64,000 bases of DNA from an uncultured Chloroflexia bacterium (GCA_963752475.1 CAVVYR010000007.1:160001-224000); one strand, 5' to 3'; counted from the stretch's first letter, positions 30,109 to 40,198 are shown. Numbers and translations: made by a program. Notes: a model not told the origin generated them from the sequence alone.

Positions 30109-31172
30109 GCAGCGGACGCATCCTGTCGGTCGAGTCCTCCTGCGACGAGACTGCGGTCGCCGTCGTCGAGGGCGGTCGCCGCATCGTGGCCAGTGTCGTC
30201 GCCAGCCAGGTGCAGCTGCACTCTGCCACCGGTGGCATCGTGCCTGAGGTCGCCGCGCGTGCTCATCTGCGCTGGATGGTGCCGGTGCTCGACGAGGCCC
30301 GCTCTCGTGCTGGCATCGAGGACTGGGGCGAGCTCGACGCGGTGGCCGTGACCGAGGGACCCGGCCTCGCCGGCTCGCTGCTGGTGGGCATCACCATGGC
30401 CAAGACGCTGGCCTGGACTTCGGGCCTGCCGCTGGTGCCGGTGAACCACCTCGAGGGCCACATCTACGCCGCCTGGCTGCTCGATCCCGACGAAGAGGAG
30501 AAGCCTGCGCCCCGGTTCCCGCTGGTCGCGCTCGTGGTCAGCGGCGGTCACACCTTCATCGTGGAGATGGAGGACCACCTCAGGTACCGCCTGCTGGGCC
30601 AGACCGTCGACGATGCTGCCGGCGAAGCCTTCGACAAGGTGGGGCGATTGCTGGGCCTCTCGTACCCGGGTGGCCCGGCCATCATGAAGGCCGCTGCCGG
30701 CGCCACCGCCTGCGATCGACGTTTCCCGCGGGCCTGGATGGGTGAGTCCTACGACTTCTCGTTCTCGGGCCTCAAGACCGCTGCCCGACACCAGGTGGCC
30801 GAGGCCCTCGGGTTGCCCGCGGAGTCGCGTGAGCTCGACGGCTCCGATCTGCCGGAGGCCGATGTGGCCGAGTTGGCCTGGGGCTTCCAGGACTCGGTCG
30901 TGGACGTGCTCTCATCCAAGCTCCTGCGCGCCGCTCGCGAGCTGGGTGCGAAGTCGATCATCCTGGGCGGTGGCGTGGCCGCCAACGCCGTCCTGCGCGA
31001 TCGCATCGACGAAGGCGCCCGCGGCCTGGGCCTGCCGCTGATCGTGCCGCGGCCGGGCCTGTGCACCGACAACGCGGCCATGATCGGGGCCGCGGGCTAC
31101 CACCGATACGGTGCCGGTGAGCGCAGCGACCGATCGCTCGACGCCCGGCCGTCGTACAAGCTGGCCGTCTGA
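30105..31172 (+). CDS. tsaD: tRNA N6-adenosine threonylcarbamoyltransferase
   Basis: ESSCDETA, GGIVPEVAARAH, NHLEGH, SGGHT, DDAAGEAFDK, CTDNAAMI; own SD GGAGGT before GTG 30105. Confidence 0.96.
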   Translation: MSSGRILSVESSCDETAVAVVEGGRRIVASVVASQVQLHSATGGIVPEVAARAHLRWMVPVLDEARSRAGIEDWGELDAVAVTEGPGLAGSLLVGITMAKTLAWTSGLPLVPVNHLEGHIYAAWLLDPDEEEKPAPRFPLVALVVSGGHTFIVEMEDHLRYRLLGQTVDDAAGEAFDKVGRLLGLSYPGGPAIMKAAAGATACDRRFPRAWMGESYDFSFSGLKTAARHQVAEALGLPAESRELDGSDLPEADVAELAWGFQDSVVDVLSSKLLRAARELGAKSIILGGGVAANAVLRDRIDEGARGLGLPLIVPRPGLCTDNAAMIGAAGYHRYGAGERSDRSLDARPSYKLAV

Positions 31173-31174
31173 CC

Positions 31175-32038
31175 GTGGCACGCGACGGGACCGAGCTCGA
31201 TCCCGCGCACCTCGGCCCCGAGGCGGTCGAGCGCTACCTGAAGCGCCACTGGCTGGGCGCGCGCAAGTCGCTCTCGCAGAACCACCTCGCCGACGGGCTC
31301 GTGCTCGAGCGCATCATCGAGGTCGCGGAGGTGACGCCGGGAGAGCACATCGTGGAGGTCGGGCCCGGCGTGGGCATCCTCACCGCGCAGCTGCTCGCCG
31401 CCGGTGCCGAGATCACCGCGGTCGAGCTCGATCATCGGCTGGCCGGACATCTGCGGTCCCGCTTCGAGGAGGAGACGCGGCTGACACTGGTGGAGGATGA
31501 CTTCCTCGATGTCGAAGTCGCCGACGTGGCCTCCGACCCGTGGGCCCTCGTGGCCAACGTGCCCTACCACATCACGAGCCCCATCCTGCACCACGTTCTC
31601 GGCGCCGACCCTCGCCCGACGCGCTTCGTGATGATGGTCCAGAAGGAGGTCGCCGAGCGCATCGCCTCGCCGCCGGGCGGCATGAGCTACCTGTCGGTCT
31701 TCGTCCAGTACCACGCACATGTGGAGGTCGCCTTCACCGTGCCGGCTGCCGCGTTCGAGCCCGCGCCGGAGGTCGACTCTGCCATCCTCACCGGAACCAC
31801 CCGCGAACGGCGGTTGGGCGAGGAGGACGAGGATGAGCTATGGCGCCTGGTGCAGGCCGGGTTCCGCGAGCGCCGCAAGATGATCCACAACGTGCTGGCC
31901 CGCCAGCTGTCAGGCCTCGATCGCGAGCGTGTGGGCGCCGGCCTCGCCGCTTGCGACATCGCCCCCGACCGGCGACCCCAGACGCTCGCGGTCGATGAGT
32001 GGCTGGCGCTGCGCGAAGCGCTGCACCCGCTGCCATGA
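31175..32038 (+). CDS. rsmA: 16S rRNA dimethyladenosine transferase
   Basis: SLSQNHL, EVGPGVG, ANVPYHIT, QKEVAERI. Confidence 0.96.
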   Translation: MARDGTELDPAHLGPEAVERYLKRHWLGARKSLSQNHLADGLVLERIIEVAEVTPGEHIVEVGPGVGILTAQLLAAGAEITAVELDHRLAGHLRSRFEEETRLTLVEDDFLDVEVADVASDPWALVANVPYHITSPILHHVLGADPRPTRFVMMVQKEVAERIASPPGGMSYLSVFVQYHAHVEVAFTVPAAAFEPAPEVDSAILTGTTRERRLGEEDEDELWRLVQAGFRERRKMIHNVLARQLSGLDRERVGAGLAACDIAPDRRPQTLAVDEWLALREALHPLP

Positions 32039-32955
32039 GTCGGTTGCGGGCCGACGCGCACGCCAAGATCAACCTGGCACTGGCCGTGACCGGCATCCGT
32101 GATGACGGCTACCACGAGCTGCGCTCGGTGTTCCTGCGCCTCGTGCTCCATGACCGGCTGACGGTCGACCCCGACCCCTCGGCCGAGGCCGACCGACTCG
32201 AGGTCGTGGGGGAGCACACGGCCGCGGACGACGATCTCGTGCTGCGCGCCGCACGTGAGTTGCGCGCGGCCATCGACCCCTCGCTGCCGGCCCTGCGCTT
32301 CCGCCTCGACAAGCGCATCCCGACCGCGGCTGGACTCGGCGGCGGCAGCTCGGACGCGGCGGCGGCCATCGATCTCGCGCTCGACTCGTGGGGGGTGCGC
32401 CTGCATCCGGCTGAGCGCCTCGGTGCAGCCGCTCGCGTCGGTGCGGATGTGCCCTTCTTCATCGCCGGCCACGGCGCTTCGCTGATCGAAGGCATCGGCG
32501 AGCACGTGACGCGGCTGCCGGCGCCGACGCCTCCAGCCGGGGTCCTGCTGGTGACCCCGCGCGAGCGGCTCTCCACCGCTGCCGTCTTCGCGGAGTACGA
32601 CCGAGAGCCGGCCACGGGTGCGCGGGAGACGGTCGAGGAGGTCGCCTCGCTCATGCGCGACGGCCTGGACGGGATGACCCTGGCCGCCATGACCACGGCG
32701 CTCAAGGACGCCAACGACCTGTGGCCGCCGGCCCTGCGTCTGTTGCCCGAGCTGGCAGAGCTTCGGGCGCGGGTGGCCGAGATCATCGGGCACGCGGTCC
32801 TGCTCACCGGCTCTGGCCCCACGCTCGTGGCCATCTATCCTTCGGAGGCCGCCGCCACGCGCGCGGCCGTCACACTCCAGTCCACTGCCACGCCGGAGCT
32901 CGACGGCGCCACCATCACCAGCACGAGCACGTTCGGGAGGGCCCAGGAACCATGA
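32035..32955 (+). CDS. ispE: 4-diphosphocytidyl-2-C-methyl-D-erythritol kinase
   Basis: AKINL...GYHEL, KRIPTAAGLGGGSSDAA, GADVPFF, TGSGPT. Confidence 0.96.
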   Translation: MSRLRADAHAKINLALAVTGIRDDGYHELRSVFLRLVLHDRLTVDPDPSAEADRLEVVGEHTAADDDLVLRAARELRAAIDPSLPALRFRLDKRIPTAAGLGGGSSDAAAAIDLALDSWGVRLHPAERLGAAARVGADVPFFIAGHGASLIEGIGEHVTRLPAPTPPAGVLLVTPRERLSTAAVFAEYDREPATGARETVEEVASLMRDGLDGMTLAAMTTALKDANDLWPPALRLLPELAELRARVAEIIGHAVLLTGSGPTLVAIYPSEAAATRAAVTLQSTATPELDGATITSTSTFGRAQEP

Positions 32956-33332
32956 AGCAGCGCATCCAGACCTCGAAGGCGCCAAACGCCCTCGGCCCCT
33001 ATAGCCAGGCCATCGTCACCGACGCGCTCGTCTTCTGCTCGGGGCAGGGGCCCATGGACCCCGAGACCAACACCATCGTCGAGGGCGACGTGGCCGTTCA
33101 GACCGAGCGCACCATGGAGAACATCAAGGCGCTGCTGGCCGAGATGGACCTCGACTTCAGCGACGTCGTGAAGTCGACCTGCTACCTCAAGGACATGGAC
33201 GACTTCAAGGCCTTCAACGAGGTCTACGGCTCCTATCTGCCCGAGCCGTTCCCGGCGCGCACCACCATCCAGGCTGCTCGCCTGCCGCTGGACATCCTCG
33301 TCGAGATCGAGGTCATCGCCCAGAGGCGGTAG
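32952..33332 (+). CDS. RidA/YjgF family enamine deaminase
   Basis: GPYSQA, SGQ, FNEVY, PART, VEIEVIA; ATG 32952. Confidence 0.93.
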   Translation: MKQRIQTSKAPNALGPYSQAIVTDALVFCSGQGPMDPETNTIVEGDVAVQTERTMENIKALLAEMDLDFSDVVKSTCYLKDMDDFKAFNEVYGSYLPEPFPARTTIQAARLPLDILVEIEVIAQRR

Positions 33333-33378
33333 GAGGCATCCGCTACACCCGGTCCCACGGCTCTAGCCGCACCGGCCC

Positions 33379-33524
33379 ATCACCTGGTGGCTGAACATCG
33401 ACGCCATCGACGCCACAGTGCTCCGTCTCAGCCTCCAGCAGGCTCGAATCGTCAGTCCTAGCCTCCACCGGGCTGAGACCGTGCACTCGGGGCGCACGCT
33501 GGTCGTGTTCAGCCAGCGGGGGAT
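33379..33524. ncRNA. Candidate rod-shaped ncRNA (6S-RNA-like architecture)
   Basis: Nested helices TGGCTGAACA/TGTTCAGCCA, AGTGC/GCACT, GTCTCAGCC/GGCTGAGAC, AGGCT/AGCCT. Confidence 0.4.
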
Positions 33525-33553
33525 ACAGAGTCACCGAGCAACCACTCGGCCGT

Positions 33554-33582
33554 TTGACGCCCGACGCCGCGGCGCCTAGATT
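33554..33582 (+). promoter_or_regulatory. sigma70 promoter of glmU
   Basis: TTGACG (33554-59), 17-nt spacer, TAGATT (33577-82). Confidence 0.7.
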
Positions 33583-33638
33583 CACTCTCACCCGATGCCC
33601 GAACACCCTCCATCAGCGAAGGGCGGTAACGCCGCTTC

Positions 33639-35084
33639 GTGAACACCCACCAAGCCCAGCCCCAACGAGCGGTCGTGATGGCCGCGGGGCTCGGCACTCG
33701 AATGCGTTCGAGCACTCCCAAGGTGCTCCACCCCATCTGCGGTCGCCCCATGCTGGCGTACGTGCTCGATGCGGCCGTCGCCGCCACCGGCAGCAGGCCG
33801 CTCGTCGTCATCAGCCCGCCCGTGGCCCAGATCGCCGACGTCTTCGCGGGCGAGGCCGACTTCGCCATCCAGGCGGAGCCTCGCGGCACTGCTGATGCCG
33901 TCGCCACGGCCCTCCGCGATCTGCCCGCTGGTGTGCGCGAGATCATCGTGCTCTCCGGCGACGTCCCGCTGGTGGATGCGGGCATGCTGGCCGAGCTGGC
34001 CCAAGCCAGGCGTGAGGTGGACGCCGCGGTCGCGCTCATCAGCGTGGACATGGACGACCCTGCGGCCCTCGGTCGCGTGGCCCGCGGCTCCGACGATCGC
34101 ATCACCGGCGTGGTCGAGTTCAAGGACGCCACCGAAGACCAGCGCGCGATCACGGAGATCAATTCCGGACTCTACGCCTTCGACGCCGACTGGCTGCGCC
34201 TGCGCATCGGCGAGATCGAGCCCAGCCCCGTCACGGGCGAGCTGTACCTGCCCGAGCTCATCCCGCTGGCTCGCCGTGACGACCGCGCGGTGGTCACCCT
34301 CGAGGTCGGGGACGACGGCACGCTCCTGGGTATCAACGACCGCAGCCAGCTGGCCGATGCCGAGCTGGACATGCGCCTGCGCATCCTCGAGGCCCATATG
34401 GCCGCCGGCGTCACCATCGTCGACCCCTCGACGACCTATATCGATGAGTCCGTGCGCATCGCGGAGGACGTGCGCCTCGAGCCCAACGTCATCCTCGCGG
34501 GTGAGACGGTCATCGAGCGCGACGCCGTCGTCCGCGCCGGTTCGCAGATCTTCGACACCACCATCGGGGAACGCACGGTGGTCTGGGCCAGCGTGTTGGA
34601 AGGCTCCACGGTCGACGCCGACGTCACCATCGGCCCGTTCAGCCACGTGCGCAAGGGTGCCTACATCGGCCCCAACGTGGAGCTCGGCAACTACGCCGAG
34701 GTCAAGAACAGCAACATCGGCGCCGGCACCAAGAGCCACCACTTCAGCTACCTCGGCGACGCGGACGTGGGCGAGAAGGTGAACATCGGCGCGGGCTCGA
34801 TCACGGCCAACTACGACGGGAAGGCCAAGCACCGCACCACGATCGGCAAGGGGGCCTTCATCGGGTCCGACACCATCATGCGTGCGCCCGTGACCGTGGG
34901 CGAGGGTTCGTTCACCGGGGCCGCCTCGCTGATCACCAAGGACGTGCCCGACGGCAAGATGGCCCTGGGCGTGCCCGCCCGCATCCGCACGCGCCAGTCC
35001 AAGACCGATGCGAACGCACCCACCGAGGGCGACATACCGACCGGCGAACCTGACGTAGACCACGACGGAGAAGCCCAACGCTGA
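33639..35084 (+). CDS. glmU: Bifunctional GlmU uridyltransferase/acetyltransferase
   Basis: AAGLGTRMRS, EINSGLY, hexapeptide repeats, HFSYLGDA, NYDG. Confidence 0.97.
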   Translation: MNTHQAQPQRAVVMAAGLGTRMRSSTPKVLHPICGRPMLAYVLDAAVAATGSRPLVVISPPVAQIADVFAGEADFAIQAEPRGTADAVATALRDLPAGVREIIVLSGDVPLVDAGMLAELAQARREVDAAVALISVDMDDPAALGRVARGSDDRITGVVEFKDATEDQRAITEINSGLYAFDADWLRLRIGEIEPSPVTGELYLPELIPLARRDDRAVVTLEVGDDGTLLGINDRSQLADAELDMRLRILEAHMAAGVTIVDPSTTYIDESVRIAEDVRLEPNVILAGETVIERDAVVRAGSQIFDTTIGERTVVWASVLEGSTVDADVTIGPFSHVRKGAYIGPNVELGNYAEVKNSNIGAGTKSHHFSYLGDADVGEKVNIGAGSITANYDGKAKHRTTIGKGAFIGSDTIMRAPVTVGEGSFTGAASLITKDVPDGKMALGVPARIRTRQSKTDANAPTEGDIPTGEPDVDHDGEAQR

Positions 35085-36412
35085 TGGGCTCCCTCGTCGA
35101 ACTCCTCATCATCGCCATCCTGGTGGCCTTCAACGGCGTCTTCGTGGCAGCCGAGATCGCGCTCGTGACCGTCCGTCGGAGCCGCATGCGGCAACTGACC
35201 GACGAGGGTGACGATCGCGCCAAGCGTGTGATCTCCATGACCGAGAGACCGGCCGGTGTGCTGGCCACGATCCAGCTCGGCATCACCTTCATCGGTTTTC
35301 TGGCCGCGGCCTTCGCCGGTGCCAGCATCGCCGGACAACTCGCCGACTGGTTGCGCGATCTCGGTTTCGGCGGCACCGCGGACATCGTTGCGCTACTCAT
35401 CGTCACGCTCTTCGTCAGCCTCGTGACCATCATCTTCGGTGAGCTCGTGCCCAAGACGCTGGCGCTGGCCCATGCCGAGCGCTACGCCCTCACGCTCTCG
35501 CGCCCGGTGCAGATCCTGGGTCGCATCCTGAGCCCGGTGGTGTGGTTCCTCACGACCGCCACGCATGGGGTGACGCGCCTGCTCGGCGTGCGCGACGTGA
35601 GCAGCGACGACGCCATCACCAGCGAGGAGCTGCTCATCCTCGTAGAGCGCGGCTCGGAGCAAGGCACGATCGAGGCCGAGGAGGAGCAGATGATCGGTGG
35701 CGTGCTCGAACTCGGCGAGCAGCGCGCCCACGAGGTCATGGTGGCGCGCGTGGACATGGTCACGCTGGAGGTGGACGCTGCGCTCGCGGAGATCGTCGAC
35801 GTCATCGTCGGCGAGGGCCACTCGCGCATCCCGGTCTACGAGGACAACATCGACAACATCATCGGCATGCTCTATGCCAAGGACCTGCTGCCGTTCCTCG
35901 TGGGCGAGGATCGTTCTCCGTCCATCCGCACGCTCCTGCGCACACCGCTGTTCGTGCCCGAGTCGATGCTCGTGGACGACCTGCTGCGCTCACTGCAGCG
36001 ACGCCGCGTGCACATCGCCATCGTGCTCGACGAGCATGGCGGCACGGCCGGGCTCGTGACCATCGAGGATCTGCTCGAAGAGATCGTGGGCGAGATCCAG
36101 GACGAGTACGACGTAGAGGAGCCGATGATCGTGCCGCTGGGCGACCACGAGGCGCGCATCGATGGCCGGGCCGACGTGGACGACATGCTGGAGCATTTCG
36201 ATACCGCGCTCGACGGCGACGACCAGGAGGAGTTCGACACGGTCGGCGGCCTGGTCTACCACCACATCGGGGGCGTGCCCGAGATCGGCGACACCGTCGA
36301 GGTCGATGGGCTGAAGCTCACCGTCGAGGCCACCGACGGCCGGCGCGTGCGCACCGTCCACGTACTGCACACCCCGCCCGAGCCCATCGAGGACGAGCTC
36401 ATCGACGTCTAG
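35084..36412 (+). CDS. CNNM/DUF21-CBS-CorC (hemolysin-family) membrane protein
   Basis: NGVFVAAEIA, IQLGIT, GELVPK, HSRIPVY, VTIEDLLEEIVGEIQDEYD. Confidence 0.93.
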   Translation: MGSLVELLIIAILVAFNGVFVAAEIALVTVRRSRMRQLTDEGDDRAKRVISMTERPAGVLATIQLGITFIGFLAAAFAGASIAGQLADWLRDLGFGGTADIVALLIVTLFVSLVTIIFGELVPKTLALAHAERYALTLSRPVQILGRILSPVVWFLTTATHGVTRLLGVRDVSSDDAITSEELLILVERGSEQGTIEAEEEQMIGGVLELGEQRAHEVMVARVDMVTLEVDAALAEIVDVIVGEGHSRIPVYEDNIDNIIGMLYAKDLLPFLVGEDRSPSIRTLLRTPLFVPESMLVDDLLRSLQRRRVHIAIVLDEHGGTAGLVTIEDLLEEIVGEIQDEYDVEEPMIVPLGDHEARIDGRADVDDMLEHFDTALDGDDQEEFDTVGGLVYHHIGGVPEIGDTVEVDGLKLTVEATDGRRVRTVHVLHTPPEPIEDELIDV

Positions 36413-36442
36413 CGCGGCGCGCGTGACGGAGCGACCGAGTGG

Positions 36443-37465
36443 CTAGGCGCTGATGACTCCTCGGACGACGTCGGCGAGGCGTTCCATGGACGCGCTGTCG
36501 ACGATCCCGACCGATTCGAGTTGGGTGATAGCCTCGTCGCGGTACTCGCGGGCACGCGCACGGGTGTAATCCTGCGCACCGACCCGCTCGAGGATGGTCA
36601 GGACCTCGTCGACCTCGTCCGGCGTGGGCTCGTTCTCTGACTGGGCCAGGATGGACTGCAGCCGCTGCTGGTCCTCACCGGTGGCCTCTGCCAGGGCGTA
36701 GATCAGCGGAAGCGTCTTCTTGCGCGTGGTGATGTCCGACGTCTGCTTGCCCGTCTGCGCCTGATCGCCCCAGATCCCCAGCAGGTCATCGTTGAGCTGG
36801 AAGGCCAGGCCCAGCGCCCAGCCGAAACCGCGGTAGGCGGAGATGATGGTCTCGTCCTCGGTGGCCAGGACGGCACCCGCCTCGGCCGAGCCGGCGATGA
36901 GCGCCGCGGTCTTGCGGCCGATCATGTCGAAGTAGTAGTCGACCGACATCCAATCATCGTGTTCCGAGGTCCAGATGTCCATGAACTGGCCCTCGCACAG
37001 ATCCAGGCAGGTCTCGTCGTAGAGCTGCATGAGGCGCAGGATGCGCGTGTCGTCGAAGCCCTCGTCCCTGAGGCGGTAGAGGGCCATGCGACTGAGCGTG
37101 AAGAGCGCATCGCCGGTGTTGATGGCCTGGGCCTTGCCCCACACCGTCCACAGGGCAGGCCGGTGCCGTCGCTCGGTGCCGTTGTCCTCGATGTCGTCAT
37201 GGACGAGGCTGAAGTTGTGGCCCATCTCGACCGCGGCCGCGCCCGGTAGCGCCTTGGCGTGGTCGCCGGCGATGGACTGGTAGGCCAGCAGGCCGATGAG
37301 CGGACGCATGCGCTTGCCGCGGGGAGCGTCGCTATCGAGGCCCATGTGGTATCGAACCATCGTGTAGAGCTCACGCGTGCGCTCGTCCTCGTGGCGCGCG
37401 ATGACACCGAGCATCTCCTGCTCGGTATCGGCGATGAGGCGGTCGAGGTCGATGGCTGCTAGCAC
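36443..37465 (-). CDS. Polyprenyl diphosphate (GGPP-type) synthase
   Basis: GKRMRP, SLVHDDIED, CEGQ, KTA, FQLNDDLL. Confidence 0.93.
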   Translation of the reverse strand: MLAAIDLDRLIADTEQEMLGVIARHEDERTRELYTMVRYHMGLDSDAPRGKRMRPLIGLLAYQSIAGDHAKALPGAAAVEMGHNFSLVHDDIEDNGTERRHRPALWTVWGKAQAINTGDALFTLSRMALYRLRDEGFDDTRILRLMQLYDETCLDLCEGQFMDIWTSEHDDWMSVDYYFDMIGRKTAALIAGSAEAGAVLATEDETIISAYRGFGWALGLAFQLNDDLLGIWGDQAQTGKQTSDITTRKKTLPLIYALAEATGEDQQRLQSILAQSENEPTPDEVDEVLTILERVGAQDYTRARAREYRDEAITQLESVGIVDSASMERLADVVRGVISA

Positions 37466-37547
37466 GGCGACATGATACCTGTTCGTAGCACGTTCCCAGA
37501 TGACAACGCTACGACGCTGGCCGCGTTCCCGCGATAGGCTCCGCGAC

Positions 37548-38315
37548 GTGCCCCGACCACGGACCTACAAGACCCGCGCCATCGTCCTGGCTCATTTCGA
37601 TCTCGGCGAGGCCGATCGCATCATCACGCTGCTCACGCCCGAGGACGGCAAGATCCGCGCGGTGGCCAAGGGTGTGCGCAAACCCAAGAGCCGCATCGGT
37701 GGCTCGGTCGAGCCGTTCGCCGAGTTGGACGTCCAGCTGGCTCGTGGCCGCAACCTGGATGTCATCACCCAGGTCAGCGTGGCTCACGCCTGGCTGCGGC
37801 TGCGCGATCGGCTGGAGTCGACGGCCATCGCCTGGTACCTGGGCGAGCTGGCTGACCGTGCGGTCGAGGAGCGGGCAGGGGAGCACCCGGTGTACGGGCT
37901 GCTGCGTCGTGGCTGCCAGCTGCTCGATGACGGCATGGAGCCCGGTCGCGTCGCTCGCTGGTTCGAGTCCGGCCTCGCCGATGCTCTGGGCGTGCGACCC
38001 GAGCTCGATCGCTGTGTCGAGTGCGACCGCGTGCTGGAAGAGTCCGACACGTTCCGCTGGGTGCCAGCGCTCGGCGGCGTCCTCTGCGCCGACCACCCGT
38101 CGCCTCCGGCCGAGGTGGCGCCGCTGTCGCTCGAGGCGTTGAAGTTGCTGAAGGCCTACCGGCGCTTCGATGTGGAGGCACTGGCGGCCTTGCGCGTGCC
38201 GCCGGAGGTGGAGTCGGAGGTGGAGTCGGTGATGCGTCGCTACACCCGCTTCAGCCTCGAGCGTGAGGCTCGCTCCCTATCGTTCGTGGACGAGGTGCGT
38301 CACACCGAAGGCTGA
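37548..38315 (+). CDS. recO: DNA repair protein RecO
   Basis: GEADRIITLLT...AVAKGVRKPKSR; CVEC/LCADH zinc site; GTG 37548 lies 7 nt after TAGGCT. Confidence 0.95.
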   Translation: MPRPRTYKTRAIVLAHFDLGEADRIITLLTPEDGKIRAVAKGVRKPKSRIGGSVEPFAELDVQLARGRNLDVITQVSVAHAWLRLRDRLESTAIAWYLGELADRAVEERAGEHPVYGLLRRGCQLLDDGMEPGRVARWFESGLADALGVRPELDRCVECDRVLEESDTFRWVPALGGVLCADHPSPPAEVAPLSLEALKLLKAYRRFDVEALAALRVPPEVESEVESVMRRYTRFSLEREARSLSFVDEVRHTEG

Positions 38316-38647
38316 GTCCGACGCCTTCGAGTGGGGCTGTGTTCGGACGTTGCCGCGCAGCGATCGGATACGACGAGGAGACGACCGGACGGACCGACCG
38401 CTTACACACCCTTGCCGCTGTGTGGTCATGACTGACGATGCCTGCCGCGCGACGACGAAGTGATGGCCCTCGTGCCGCCGGATCCGAGCCGCTCGGACCG
38501 GGGTGGTCGCGATCGCCCGTTGAGCGGCACCACCCTCGGCTCCAGGTTGCGCTCGATGCGGACGGCTGAGAACGCCATTCGGTGCCACAATCAGAAGCCT
38601 ACGTCCGGCGCTGCCACCGCCGGCGCCACGCCCAGGAGACCCCACCA

Positions 38648-40063
38648 GTGACCGATCAGCCTTCTGACAACGCGCCCGATCCCGGGCCCACCGTCAAGAA
38701 CCTCGAGACCATCGTCTCGCTGGCCAAGCGACGTGGCTTCGTCTACCCCTCGTCGGAGATCTACGGCGGTATCAACGCGGTCTGGGACTACGGCCCCCTC
38801 GGCGTGGAGTTGAAGAACAACGTCAAGAAGGCCTGGTGGCGCTCGATGATCCAGGAGCGCGACGACATCGTGGGCCTTGACGCGGGCATCCTCATGCACC
38901 CTGAGGTGTGGGTCACCTCGGGACACGTGGGCTCGTTCAGCGATCCACTGGTGGAGTGCGGCCAGTGCCGCCGGCGCTTCCGCCTCGACGAGCTGAAGGG
39001 CGCGCAGGATCTCACGGCTACCCAACTGCAGGACGAGACCATCGTCGAGAAGCGAGGCATCGTCTGCCCGGTCGATCAGGGCCCGCTTTCACCGCCCCGC
39101 AAGTTCAACCTCATGTTCAAGACGCACATGGGACCGGTCGAGGACGAGGGCGCGACGGTCTACCTGCGTCCGGAGACTGCCCAGGGCTCGTACGTCAACT
39201 TCAAGAACGTGCAGGTCTCGAGCCGCAAGAAGGTGCCCTTCGGTATCGCCCAGATCGGCAAGTCCTTCCGCAACGAGATCAGCCCCGGCAACTTCGTCTT
39301 CCGCATGCGCGAGTTCGAGCAGATGGAGATGCAGTACTTCGTCCGTCCGGGCGAGGCTGCGGCCGAGGCCTTCGAGGCGTGGCTGCCGGCGCGCAAGGCC
39401 TGGTACGAGCGCTTCGGCGTGACCCCCGAGCGGTTGCGGTTCCGCGAGCACGCCGAGGACGAGCTGGCCCACTACGCCAAGAAGGCCATCGACGTCGAGT
39501 ACCGCTTCCCCTTCGGCTGGAAGGAGCTCGAGGGCGTGCACAACCGAGGCGACTTCGACCTCGGCAGCCACGCCAAGGCCAGTGGTGAGAACCTCGAGTA
39601 CTTCGACCCCAAGGCGGAGGAGCACTTCATCCCCTGGGTCGTGGAGGCCGCTGCCGGAGCCGACCGAGCTGCCTTCACCTTCTTCATCGACTCGTACCAC
39701 GAGGAGCAGCTTGAGAAGGGCACGCGCGTGGTACTCAAGATGCACCCGGACATCGCGCCCTACAAGGTGGCCGTCCTGCCGCTGCTCAAGAAGCGGCCCG
39801 AGATCGTGGATCTTTGCCACAAGATCAAGGCCGACCTCCAGAAGGACATCATGGCCGTCTACGACGACACCGCCGCCATCGGCAAGCTCTACCGGCGGCA
39901 GGACGAGATCGGCACGCCCTGGTGCGTGACGGTCGACGTGGAGTCGCTCGAAGATGGGGCCGTGACCGTGCGCGATCGCGACAGCATGGCCCAGGAGCGC
40001 GTGCCGGCCGAGGGTGTGAAGCAGCTGATCCTCGATCGCATGGCCACCGCCCGCGAAGCCTAG
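38648..40063 (+). CDS. glyQS: Glycine--tRNA ligase, homodimeric (alpha2) type
   Basis: KRRGF...IYGG...[29 protein letters not shown]; GTG 38648 after AGGAG. Confidence 0.96.
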   Translation: MTDQPSDNAPDPGPTVKNLETIVSLAKRRGFVYPSSEIYGGINAVWDYGPLGVELKNNVKKAWWRSMIQERDDIVGLDAGILMHPEVWVTSGHVGSFSDPLVECGQCRRRFRLDELKGAQDLTATQLQDETIVEKRGIVCPVDQGPLSPPRKFNLMFKTHMGPVEDEGATVYLRPETAQGSYVNFKNVQVSSRKKVPFGIAQIGKSFRNEISPGNFVFRMREFEQMEMQYFVRPGEAAAEAFEAWLPARKAWYERFGVTPERLRFREHAEDELAHYAKKAIDVEYRFPFGWKELEGVHNRGDFDLGSHAKASGENLEYFDPKAEEHFIPWVVEAAAGADRAAFTFFIDSYHEEQLEKGTRVVLKMHPDIAPYKVAVLPLLKKRPEIVDLCHKIKADLQKDIMAVYDDTAAIGKLYRRQDEIGTPWCVTVDVESLEDGAVTVRDRDSMAQERVPAEGVKQLILDRMATAREA

Positions 40064-40075
40064 GCGAGGCGCGAA

Positions 40076-40101
40076 GGAGCGGTCGGGCGTCCGACCGCTC
40101 C
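40076..40101 (+). terminator. Hairpin after glyQS
   Basis: GGAGCGGTCGG-GCGT-CCGACCGCTCC, perfect 11 bp. Confidence 0.55.
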
Positions 40102-40198
40102 GTACGACCTGGACGTTCACGACCCTGACCGCAGGGTAGGTGGCTCAAGTACTGATGGACGGTTCCGTTGGCCGACGCGCGACCGCAGACTCCGCGGT

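Noticed and set aside
33438-33468. tRNA-like TCGAATC and CCA near glmU
   Set aside because: No T-stem pairing or cloverleaf; no SRP GGAA domain either
33343-33606. 87-aa minus-strand ORF over the rod structure
   Set aside because: Overlaps the glmU promoter, lacks start signals and recognisable motifs; cannot be fully excluded
38498-38536. Glycine T-box antiterminator
   Set aside because: Neither GGTGGTCGC nor GAGCGGCACC gives UGGN-ACC; no stem I AG/GNUG motifs or terminator seen
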